64,000 nucleotides of DNA from Squalus acanthias (lineage: Eukaryota): contig JASTWF010000036.1 in assembly GCA_030390025.1 (NCBI GenBank), positions 434,001-498,000 on the forward strand, given 5' to 3'. Positions 50,001 to 61,130 of this stretch are shown here, piece by piece. Numbering within the stretch: the stretch's first letter is position 1; each line of letters starts with the position of its first letter. The notes under the pieces were generated by a model that saw only the letters and a program-made list of their open reading frames with translations, did no database searches and was not told the origin of the DNA. Position numbers and translations under genes: made by a program.

Positions 50001-53000
50001 TTCCCATTCACTCCCACTGTACAGAATCCCAATGGATCAAACCCCTTCCCATTCACTCCCACTGTACAGAATCCCAATGGACCCAACCCCTTCCCATTCA
50101 ATCCAATTGAACAGAATCCCAATGGACCAAAATCTTCCCATTCACTCCCACTGTACACAATCCCAATGGGCCCAACCCCTTCCCATTAACTCCCACAGTG
50201 CAGAATCCCAATCGACCAAACCCCTTCCCATTCACTCCCACTGTGCAGAATCCCAATTGACCAAACCCCTTCCCATTCACTCCCATTGTACACAATCCCA
50301 ATGGACCCAACCCTTTCCCATTCACTCCCAGTGTACAGAATCCCAGGGGAACCAATCCCTTCCCATTCACTCCCATTGTACAGAATCCCAATGGACCCAA
50401 CCCTTTCCCATTCCCTCCCATTGAACACAATCCCAATGGAACCAATCCCTTCCCATTCCCGCCCATTGTACACAATCCCAATGGACCCAACCCCTTTCCA
50501 TCCATTCCCAGTGTACACAATCCCAATGGACCAACCCCTTCCCATTCACTCCCAGTGTACAGAATCCCAGGGGAACCAATCCCTTCCCATTCACTCCCAT
50601 TGTACAGAATCCCAATGGACCAAACCCCTTTCCATTCACTCCCATTGTACAAAATCCCAATGGACGAATCCCTTTCCCATTCACTCCCATTGTACAGAAT
50701 CCCAATGGACTCAAACCCTCTCCCATTCACTCCCATTGTACACAATTCCAATGGAACCAACCCCTTCCCATTCACTCCCATTGTACATAATCCCAATGGA
50801 CCCAACCCCTTCCCATTCACTCCCAGTGTACAGAATCCCAATGGACCCAACCCCTTCCCATTCACTCCCATTGTACAGAATCCCAATGGACCAAACCCCT
50901 TTCCATTCACTCCCATTGTACAGAATCCCAATGGACCAAACCCCTTTCCAGTCACTCCTATTGTACAGAATCCCAATGGATCCAAACCCTCTCCCATTCA
51001 CTGCCAATGTACAGATTCCTAATGGACCAAAACCCTTCCCATTCACTCCTGTTGTACAGAATCCCAAAGAACCCAGCCCCTTCCCATTCATTCCCACTGT
51101 ACAGAACCCCAATGGACACAACCCTTTCCCATTCAGTTCCATTGTACAAAATCCCAATGGACCCAACCCCATCCCATTCACTCTCAGTTTACAGAAAGCC
51201 AATGGACACAAACCCCTTCCCATTCATTCCCATTGTACAGAATCACAATGGTCCCAATCCCTTCCCATTCACTCCCATTGTACAGAATCCCAATGGACCC
51301 TACCCCTTCCCAGTCACTCCCGTTGTAAAGAATCCCAATGGACCCAATCCCTTCCCATTCACTCCCACTGTACAGAATCCCAATGGACCCAAACCCTCTC
51401 CTATTCACTCCCATTGTAAAGAATCCCAATGGACCCAACCCTTTCCCATTCCCTCCCATTGAACACAATCCCAAAGGAACCAATCCCTTCCTATTCACTC
51501 CCATTGTTCAGAATCCCAATGGACCCAACCCTTTCCCATTCACTCCCATTGTGCACAATCCCAATGGAACCAACCCCTTCCCATTCCCGCCCATTGTACA
51601 CAATCCCAATGGACCCAACCACTTTCCATTCATTCCCAGTGTACACAATCCCAATGGACCAACCCCTTCCCATTCACTCCCAGTGTACACAATCCCAATG
51701 GACACAAATCCTTCCCATTCACTCCCATTGTACACAATCCCAATGGACCCAACCCCTTCCCATTCACTCCCAGTGTACAGAATCCCAGGGGAACCAATCC
51801 CTTCCCATTCACTCCCATTGTACAGAATCCCAATGGACCCAACCCTTTCCCATTCCCTCCCATTGAACACAATCCCAATGGAACCAATCCCTTCCCATTC
51901 CCGCCCATTGTACACAATCCCAATGGACCCAACCCCTTTCCATCCATTCCCAGTGTACACAATCCCAATGGACCAACCCCTTCCCATTCACTCCCATTGT
52001 AGAGAATCCCAATGGACCCAAACCCCCTTCCCATTCACTCCCATTGTAGAGAATCCCAATGGACCCAACCCCTTCCCATTCATTCCCAGTGTACAGAATC
52101 CCAATGGACTCAAACCCTCTCCCATTCACTCCCATTGTACACAATTCCAATGGACCCAACCCCTTCCCATTCCCTCCCATTGTGAAGAATCCCGATGGAC
52201 CCAACCCCTTCCCATTCACTCCCACTGTACAGAATCCCAATGGATCAAACCCCTTCCCATTCACTCCCACTGTACAGAATCCCAATGGACCCAACCCCTT
52301 CCCATTCAATCCAATTGAACAGAATCCCAATGGACCAAAACCTTCCCATTCACTCCCACTGTACAGAATCCCAATGGACCCAAACCCCCTCCTATTCACT
52401 CCCATTGTAAAGAATCCCAATGGACCCAACCCTTTCCCATTCCCTCCCATTGAACACAATCCCAAAGGAACCAATCACTTCCTATTCACTCCCATTGTTC
52501 AGAATCCCAATGGACCCAACCCTTTCCCATTCACTCCCATTGTGCACAATCCCAATGGAACCAACCCCTTCCCATTCCCGCCCATTGTACACAATCCCAA
52601 TGGACCCAACCACTTTCCATTCATTCCCAGTGTACACAATCCCAATGGACCAACCCCTTCCCATTCACTCCCAGTGTACACAATCCCAATGGACACAAAT
52701 CCTTCCCATTCACTCCCATTGTACACAATCCCAATGGACCCAACCCCTTCCCATTCACTCCCAGTGTACAGAATCCCAGGGGAACCAATCCCTTCCCATT
52801 CACTCCCATTGTACAGAATCCCAATGGACCAAACCCCTTTCCATTCACTCCCATTGTACAAAATCCCAATGGACGAATCCCTTTCCCATTCACTCCCATT
52901 GTACAGAATCCCAATGGAACCAACCCCTTCCCATTCACTCCCATTGTACATAATCCCAATGGACCCAACCCCTTCCCATTCACTCCCAGTGTACAGAATC

Positions 53001-53670
53001 CCAATGGACCCAACCCCTTCCCATTCACTCCCATTGTACAGAATCCCAATGGACCAAACCCCTTTCCATTCACTCCTATTGTACAGAATCCCAATGGACC
53101 AAACCCCTTTCCAGTCACTCCTATTGTACAGAATCCCAATGGATCCAAACCCTCTCCCATTCACTGCCAATGTACAGATTCCTAATGGACCAAAACCCTT
53201 CCCATTCACTCCTGTTGTACAGAATCCCAAAGAACCCAGCCCCTTCCCATTCATTCCCACTGTACAGAACCCCAATGGACACAACCCTTTCCCATTCAGT
53301 TCCATTGTACAAAATCCCAATGGACCCAACCCCATCCCATTCACTCTCAGTTTACAGAAAGCCAATGGACACAAACCCCTTCCCATTCATTCCCATTGTA
53401 CAGAATCACAATGGTCCCAATCCCTTCCCATTCACTCCCATTGTACAGAATCCCAATGGACCCTACCCCTTCCCAGTCACTCCCGTTGTAAAGAATCCCA
53501 ATGGACCCAATCCCTTCCCATTCACTCCCACTGTACAGAATCCCAATGGACCCAAACCCTCTCCTATTCACTCCCATTGTAAAGAATCCCAATGGACCCA
53601 ATCCCTTCCCATTCACTACCACTGTACAGAATCCCAATGGACCCAACCCCTTCCCATTCACTCGCATTGT
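47095..53670. repeat. Satellite, 45-bp unit, ~145 copies, with higher-order blocks
   Basis: cccaatggacccaaccccttcccattcactcccattgtacagaat. Source of all the NPNG/PIHSH-type ORFs. Confidence 0.97.
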
Positions 53671-53769
53671 GAGATAGAGTATGAGTGCGATGAAACTCGT
53701 TGTGTTTTGAAGGGAGGGGGCATCGCTGTCAATCCTGATCCACTGCTGATTCAACAGCGACACACACTT

Positions 53770-54900
53770 TCTGAGGGCGTGCTGCACTGTCGGAGGGGCA
53801 GAGCTGAGGGAGCGCCGCACTGTCGGAGGGCCGGTACTGAGGGAGCGCAGCACTGTCAGAGGGTTGGTACTGAGTGAGCGCCGCACTCTCAGAGGGGCAG
53901 TTCTGAGGGAGCGCCGCACTGTCGGAGGGTAGGTATTGAGGGAGCACAGCACTGTCGGAGGGGCAGTACTGAGGGAGTGCCGCATTGTCGGAGGGGCAGC
54001 ACTGAGGGAGCGCCGCACTGTTGGAGGGGCGGTCCTGAGGGAGCACCGCACTGTCGGAGGGGCGGTACTGAGGGATCACCGCACTGTCGGAGGGTCAGTA
54101 CTGAGGGAGCGCTGCACTGTTGGAGGGGCGGTACTGAGGGAGCACCGCACTGTTGGAGGGGCAGTACTGAGGGAGCGCCGCACTGTCGGAGTGTCAGTAC
54201 TGAGGGAACGCCTCACTGTCGGAGGGGCAGTACTGAGGGAGTGCTGCACTGTTGGAGGAGCAGTGCTGAGGGAGCGCTGCACTGTTGGAGGGGCAGTACT
54301 GAGGGAGGGCCGCACTGTCGGAGGGGCGGTACTGAGGGAGCGCAGCACTGTCGGAGGGGCGGTACTGAGGGAGCGCCGCACTGTCGGAGGGGCGGTACTG
54401 AGGGAGCGCCGCACTGTCGGAGGGGCAGTACTGAGGGAGCGCCGCACTGTCGGAGGGGCAGTACTGAGGGAGCACCGCACTGTCGGAGGGGCGGTACTGA
54501 GGGAGCGCCGCACTGTCGGAGGGGCAGTACTGAGGGAGCGCCGCACTGTCGGAGGGGTGGTACTGAGGGAGCGCCGCACTGTCGGAGGGGCAGCACTGAG
54601 GGAGCGCCGCACTGTCGGAGGTGCCGTCTTTCGGATGAGACGATAAACCGTCTGCCCTCTCGGGTGGACGTAAAAGAGCCCATGGCCACTAGTTCTAAGA
54701 AGGGCAGGGCAGCTCTCCCCGGTGTCCTGGCGAATATTTATCCCTCAACCAACATCACTAAAACAGATGATCTGGTCATTTATCACATTGCTGTTTGCGG
54801 GAGCTTGCTGTGCGCAAATTGGCTGTCGCGTTTCCTACATTACAACAGCAACTACACTTGCAAAAAAAAGTACTCAATTGGCTGTGAAGCGCTTTGAGAC
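53770..54900 (+). mobile_element. DeuSINE-like SINE (head missing) with 33-bp VNTR (~26 units)
   Basis: VNTR 53770-54620, then gtgccgtctttcggatgagacg...tatttatccctcaacc body. Confidence 0.8.
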
Positions 54901-54902
54901 GC

Positions 54903-55362
54903 GAGCCTGCTCCGCCATTCGATGAGATCATGGCTGATCATCCAAATTCAGTACCCTGTACCTGCTTTCTCCCCATATCCCTTGGTCCCTTTAACCTTAA
55001 GAAATATATCTAACTCCTTCTTGAATCTATTTAATGAATTGGCCTCAACTACCTTCTGTGGTAGAGAATTCCACAGGTTCACCACTCTCTGGGTGAAGAA
55101 ATTCTTCCTCATTTCTGTCCTAAATGGCTTACCCCTTATCCTTAGACTGTGACCCCTGGTTCTGGACTCCCCGACCATCGGGAACATTCTTCCTGCATCT
55201 AGTTTGTCCAGACCTGTCAGAATGTTATGTTTCGATGAGATCCCCTCTCATTCTTCTAAACTCCAGCGAGTATAAGCCCAATCGACCCAATCTCTCTTCA
55301 TACGTCATTCCTGCCATACCAGGTATCAGCCTTGTGAATCTTCGCTGAACTCCCTCCATGGC
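54903..55362 (-). mobile_element. Young CR1 3' fragment
   Basis: AMEGVQRRFTRLIPGMAG...GYGEKAGTGY on the minus strand. Confidence 0.88.
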
Positions 55363-55469
55363 TTTCCCCCAGAATGCACAAACCCGTATTTTATTCTTGT
55401 TCGGTGCACAATGCATTGGGAAACAAATCATTGCAGAGATGTGTGGAGCGATTGCAGATCGGAAGAACG

Positions 55470-56075
55470 AGGAGAGGCAAGATAAACTAAATGGTACAAT
55501 TTTAAAGGGGGGTGCAGAAACAGAGAGACCCTGGGGCTGTATGTACACAAACCTTGGAAGGTGGCAGGGCAGGTTGAGAAGGCTGTTGAAAAAAGCATAC
55601 GGGATCCTGGGCTTTATTAATAGAGGCATTGAGTTCAAAAGCAAGGAGGTTATGTTAAACCTTTCTAAAAGACTAGTTCGGCCCCAGCTGGAGTATTGTG
55701 TCCAATTCTGGTCACCGCACTTTAGGAAGGATGTCAAGGGCCTTGGAGAGGGTGCAGAGGAGATTGACCAGAATGGTACCAGGGGATGAGGGACTTCAGT
55801 TATGTGGAGAGACTGGAGAAGCTGGGATTGTTCTCCTTAGAGCAGAGAAGGTTAAGGGGAGATTGACCAGAATGGTACCAGGGGATGAAGGACCACGTGG
55901 AGAAGGTTAAGGGGGAGATTTGATAGAGGTGTTTAAAATCATGAGGGGTTTTGATAGAGTAAATAAAGAGAAACTGTTTCCAGTGGCAGGTGGGTCGGTA
56001 ACCAGAGGGGGAGATGAGGAGAACTTTTTTACGCAGCGAGTTGTTGTGATCTGGAATGCGCTGCCTGAAAGGGCA
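55470..56075 (+). mobile_element. CR1 fragment with internal ~100-bp duplication
   Basis: KKAYGILGFINRGIEFKSKEV. gagattgaccagaatggtaccaggggatga occurs twice (~55760, ~55859). Confidence 0.8.
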
Positions 56076-56229
56076 GTGGAATGGCGGAACAGGCTCGAGG
56101 GGATGAATGTTCCAACATTTATCCCTTAACCAACATAACTAAAAGAGCAGATTATCTGGTCATTTATCCTGTTGCTTGTTTGTGGGAGCTTGCTGTGCGC
56201 AAATTGGTTTGCCACGTTTCCCTACAATT

Positions 56230-56715
56230 TTTTATTATTCATTCATGGGATGTGTTCGTCGCTGGCAGGGCCAGCATTTGTTGCCCGTCCCTAGACGTCC
56301 CTTGAGAAGGTGGTGGTGAGCTGCCACCTTGAACCGCTGCAGTCCCGCGTGGTGAAGGTGCTCTCGCAGTGCTGTTAGGGAGGGAGTTCCAGGATATTGA
56401 CCCAGCGACGATGAAGGAACGGCCGATATATTTCCAAGTCAGGACGTTGTGTGTGTGTGTGTGTGGTTCGGAGGGGAACTTGGAGGTGGTGGTGTTCCCA
56501 CACACCTGCTGCCCTTGTCCTTCGAGGTGGGAAGAGATCGCGGATTTGGGAGGTGCTGCCGAAGAAGCCTTGGCGAGTTGCTGCAGTGCATCTTGTAGAG
56601 GGTACACACTGCAGCCACGGTGCGCCGGTGGTGGAGGGAGTGAACGTTTAAGGTGGTGGATGGGGTGCCGATCAAGCGGGCTGCTTTGTCCTGGATGGTG
56701 TCGAGCTTCTTGAGC
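56230..56715 (-). mobile_element. Non-LTR retrotransposon 3' fragment, same family as 29261
   Basis: KKLDTIQDKAARLIG...HSLHHRRTVAAVC. Confidence 0.65.
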
Positions 56716-57115
56716 GTTAGAATCATAGAATCATAGAATAGTACAGCACAGAAGGAGGCCATTTGGCCCATCGAGCCTGCGCCGGCTCTTTCGAAGAGCT
56801 ACCCAGTTAGCCCTACTACCCCGCTATTTCCCCATATCCCTGCAATTTTTTATCCTTTGTTGTTGGTGCCGCATCAATCCAGGCAAGTGGAGAGTATTCC
56901 ATCACATCATTACAACAGTGAGAACACTACACAAAAAGTTCTTCATTGGCTGTGAAGTGCTTTGGAACGTCCTGAGTTGGTGACAGTTTTGGTCTCCTTA
57001 CCTAAGGAAGGATATACCTGCCTTCGAGGTGGTGCAACACAGGTTCACAAGATTGATTCCTGGGATGGGGGTGATTGTCCTATGAGGAGCGATTGAGTAG
57101 ATTGGGCCTATATTC

Positions 57116-57930
57116 ATAGAAACATAGAAGATAGGAGCAGGAGTAGGCCATTCGGCCCCTTGAGCCTGCTCCGCCATTCGATGAGATCATGGCTGATCAT
57201 CCAAACTCAGTACCCTGTACCTGCCTTCTCCCCATATCCCTTGATACCTTTAGCTTTAAGAAATATATCTAACTCATTCTTGAATATATTTAATGAATTG
57301 GCCTCAACTACCTTCTGTGGTAGAGAATTCCACAGGTTCACCACTCTCTGGGTGAAGAAATTCTTCCTCATTTCTGTCCTAAATGGCTTACCCGTTATCC
57401 TTAGATTATGACCCCTGGTTCTGGACTCTCCGACCATCGGGAACATTCTTCCTGCATCTAGTTTGTCCAGACCTGTCAGAATTTTACATGTTTCGATGAG
57501 ATCCCCTCTCATTCTTCTATACTCCAGCGAGTATAAGCCCAATCGACCCAATCTCTCCTCATATGTCATTCCTGCCATCCCAGGTATCAGCCTTGTGAAT
57601 CTTCGCTGAACTCCTTCCATGGCAAGAACATCCTTCCTCAGATAAGGCGACCAAAACTGCACACAGTACTCAAGGTGTGGTCTCACCAAGGCCCTGTACA
57701 ACTGCAGCAGGACATCCCTGTTCCTATACTCAAACCCTTTCGCTATGAAGGCCAACATACCAATTGCCTTCTTCACCACCTGCTGCACCTGCATGCTTAC
57801 CTTCAGCGACTGGTGCACAAGGACACCCAGGTCTCGTTGCACTTCCCCTTCTCCCAATCTATTGCCATTCAGATAATAGTCTGCCTTTCTGTTTTTGACA
57901 CCAAAGTGGATAACCTCGCATTTATCCACT
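57116..57930 (-). mobile_element. Young CR1 3' portion nested in an older + strand CR1 (56985-57115, 57931-58325)
   Basis: Open VDKCEVIHFG...GYGEKAGTGY. The host sequence gggcctata.tca|ttggagtttaga rejoins across it. Confidence 0.9.
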
Positions 57931-58464
57931 TTGGAGTTTAGAAGAATGAGAGGTGATCTCATTGAAACATATAAAATTCTTAAGAGTTTTGACCGGGTAG
58001 ATGATGAGGATGTTTCCCCCGGCTGGTGAGTCTAGAACCAGGGGTCAATGTCTCAGGATCAGGGGTCGGCCATTTAGGACTGAGATGAGGAGAAATTTCT
58101 TCACTCAGAGGGTTGTGAATCTTTGGAATTCTCTGCCCCAGAGGGCGGTGGATGCTCAGTCGTTGAGTATATTCAAAGCTGAGATCGATAGATTCTCGAC
58201 ACTAAGAGAACGAGGGAACGGGTGGGAAGGTGGAGTCGAGGTCGAAGATTGGCCGTGATCCCATTGAGCGGCGCAGCGGGCTCGAGGGGCCGTGCGGCCA
58301 ACTCCTGCTCCTGATTCTTTCGTTCTTGGGTGCAAGGCGCTGTATAAATGCATTTTTTTAAAACCTTTTAATCTAATGTCGTGCGGAGGGCCCTTTTCTC
58401 ACTTCCTGGCCAGAGGGCGGAGCAAGAGAAGGGTATAGGTCATTAAAATGTCATTGAACAGCTA

Positions 58465-59130
58465 CAGAAAATAATCAAAAAGGCTAATGGAATGCTGGCC
58501 TTTATATCTAGAGGACTAGAGTACAAGGGGGTAGAAGTTATGCTGCAGCTATACAAAACCCTGGTTAGACCACAGCTGGAGAATTGTGAGCAGTTCTGGG
58601 CACCACACCTTAGGAAGGATATATTGGCCTTGGAGGGAGTGCAGCGTAGGTTTACCAGAACGAAACCCGGACTCCAAGGATTGTGTTTCAAGGAGAGATT
58701 ATACAAACTAGGGTTGTATTCCCTGGAATTTAGAAGGTTAAGGGGTGACCTGATCGAAGTTTTCAACATATTAAGGGGGAACTGATGGGGTGGAGAGAGA
58801 GAAACTATTTCCGCTGCTTGGGGAGTCTAGGACTAGTGGGGGGGGGGGGGGATAGCCTAAAAATTAGAGCCAGACCTTTCAGGAGTGAATTTAGGAAACA
58901 CTTCTACACACACAGGGTGGTAGAAGTTTGGAACTCTCTCCCGCCAACGGCAATTGTCGCTGGGGGGGGGGTGCCGGGAGGGTCAATTGTTAATTTTAAA
59001 CCGACGATTGATAAGATTTTTTGTCAACCGAAGGGTTATTAAGGGATGGCGGGGCGGGTAGAGGGAGTCAGGTCCATAGGTCGACCGCCATCCCACCGAA
59101 AGGGCAGAGCGGGCTCCTGTGGTGGGGCGA
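58465..59130 (+). mobile_element. CR1 3' fragment
   Basis: MLAFISRGLEYKGVEVMLQLYKTLVRP. Same subfamily as 6465-7055. Confidence 0.85.
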
Positions 59131-59374
59131 GGTGGAGGGCCGAGCGGCCAATTCTTTGGGTGGGAGGTGTAGAAACGCAATTTTAGTTTATTTTTTCAAA
59201 TTCTTTTAATCCCACGCCTTTTTTTCCTCAGTTTCTGGCCCACTGGGAGGTCTAAAGTACCATTTTGAGGCCATAAAGAGGTTTTTTTTTGGGTTGCCCA
59301 TAGAGAAGAGAGGGGGGTCAGAGGTCATTGCATCTTGCTGTTCTTTAATTTTGGCCTTACCTGCCCAGAAAACC

Positions 59375-59700
59375 AGTCTGCGCCTGCGCGGCAGGGAGTG
59401 GGGCGGGGCCCTCGCCAGATTTGAACCCAACCGCCGGCGCTCGCGCTGGGCGTGGCCCCGGGCGCGCCGGCGTCACCGACGGCCGGGCCCCGACCACTTC
59501 GGGGCCGGCGTGGCGGGCGTGGTCAACGCGCCGGCGTCACCGACGAGCGGGCCCCGCCCACTTGGTGCCGGCGTGGTGGGCGGGGCCCCCGCGCGCTGGC
59601 GTCGCCGACTTCCGGGCCCCGCCCACCCACCCCCTGCGCGCTATAAAAGGCAGAGGGCGTCCGCCCGCCAGGCTCAGACCGAGCCGGAGAGGCGCTCGGT
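59375..59700 (+). promoter_or_regulatory. CpG-island Pol II promoter with TATA box
   Basis: Very CpG/GC-rich; several GC boxes (gggcggggcc, ccccgccc); NRF1-like tgcgcctgcgc (~59379); CGTCA half-sites; ETS-like acttccgg (~59608); TATAAAAG at 59642-59649; Inr-like TCAGACC at 59674-59680. Confidence 0.85.
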
Positions 59701-60083
59701 GTAGACCGATCGCTAAGGGTGCTGCCGCATTCGCACACACAATTTGCGTCGAAATCGCTTTAATTTCAACCTTTCCAATCCCCCCTTGCCCCTTTTAAAC
59801 TCACACACGGCGGAGAGGGGGAAACAAAAGAAAGGCCGGCGTCGAGGGAGAAGAAGAAAAAAGGCGAATTAAAAGATTTTTTTACCTCAGTATTTTAATT
59901 TTTTTTTCTCTCACATGAAGTCTCCCCCCCCATCCCCGGGTCAAAAGAAGCCCCTCTTCTTCTCCAATTCCTCCTGCTGCTGGTGCTGCAAATCCATGAG
60001 AGGGGGCTGCAATTAAAACTCTGCACGGATTATTATTTCATTGCAAATATATCTATATATATTTTTTTTTTTGCAAAATAAAA

Positions 60084-60165
60084 ATGCATTGCTTAGGACT
60101 GCTCCTCTCACTGGGAATTTTCGTGCAAGGCGTGCAAGCGCTCTCGCCCACCCGCACGGCAGAAG
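60084..60165 (+). CDS. First coding exon of an unidentified secreted or membrane protein (signal peptide)
   Basis: aaaATG (A at -3). MHCLGLLLSLGIFVQGVQA|LSPTRTAE has a hydrophobic core and a V-x-A cleavage pattern. It ends at AAG|GTAAGC in phase 1, ~410 nt downstream of the predicted TSS. Confidence 0.72.
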
Positions 60166-60604
60166 GTAAGCTGCTTTTATTTTAAAAAATTATTTTGCAT
60201 GCATATATTTTAAGAATAAAACCCACCTTTTTGGGGGGTTGTTTTTTTTTGTTGCAAAAGTTCCATCTCTGCATTCCTCCTTTGCACAGGTCAGATTTTG
60301 CTCTCTTTTTTGTTTTTTGCATTTGCATATCATTTTTATTTTTCCCCTTCTCTCACTCTCACACTCTCTCCACACACACAGTTTCTTAATTCGTTAAGAG
60401 GGAGAGAGAGGTCGTTGCAATCCACTGCAGTGCGCCTGGACTCTTGCTCTCCCAAATCTGTCTGCGTGCCTTGCTTGCTGTTGGGATTTATTTATTTATT
60501 TATTTTTTGTTTGGTTTGAGGGATGGTCGTGAGGGAAGGGAATTGAGACCCTCACCAACCAACACAATAAATGCATTTGCGCACCCCCCCCCCCCCCAAT
60601 CCCG

Positions 60605-61130
60605 CAAAAAAAAAAGTCTCATCCTTTTTTGCAATCTAATTTTAATAAAAATCCATGTGCAAATATATCCCTATCTATTTTGTTAGCATATATGTGCATG
60701 TTTAAATGCAAAAAGGTCTGATCCTTTTTGCAATCTAATTTTAAGAATAAAAATCTGTTGCAACTAAATGTGCAAATAAACCCCCATCTATTTTGTTAGC
60801 ATATATATATATATATGTATGCATGTTTAGATGATCAAGGTCTGATCCTTTTTGCAATTTGCAATCTAATTTTAAGAATGAAAATCTGTTGCAACTAAAT
60901 ATGTGAAGAAATCCCTATCCTATGTATGTTTACCCTTGAAATGCAAAAAAGTCTGATCCTTTTTTTGCAATTTGCAATTTTTTTTTAAAGAATGGAAAGG
61001 TTGTTGCAGCTAAATATGTGGAGGAAAAAAATCCCTGGTTTGTTAGCATATATATGCATGTTTAAATGCAGAAACTGATTTTTTTGTGGCAACTTGCAAT
61101 ACATTTTATGGTGGCAATTTGCAATTTTTT
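60605..61130. repeat. Degenerate AT-rich ~100-125-bp tandem repeat (4-5 copies) in putative intron 1
   Basis: Recurring gtctgatcctttttgcaatctaattttaagaat...ttgttagcatatat...gcatgtttaaatgca. Confidence 0.7.

Noticed and set aside
47030..53877. Long Pro/Asn-rich ORFs (up to 507 aa, NPNG repeats)
   Set aside because: The 45-bp unit is a multiple of 3 and stop-poor in several frames on both strands. Frames switch at indels and there are no gene signals.
59294..59798. Arg/Pro/Ala-rich ORFs over the CpG island
   Set aside because: Expected from stop-codon scarcity in GC-rich promoter DNA; non-ATG starts.
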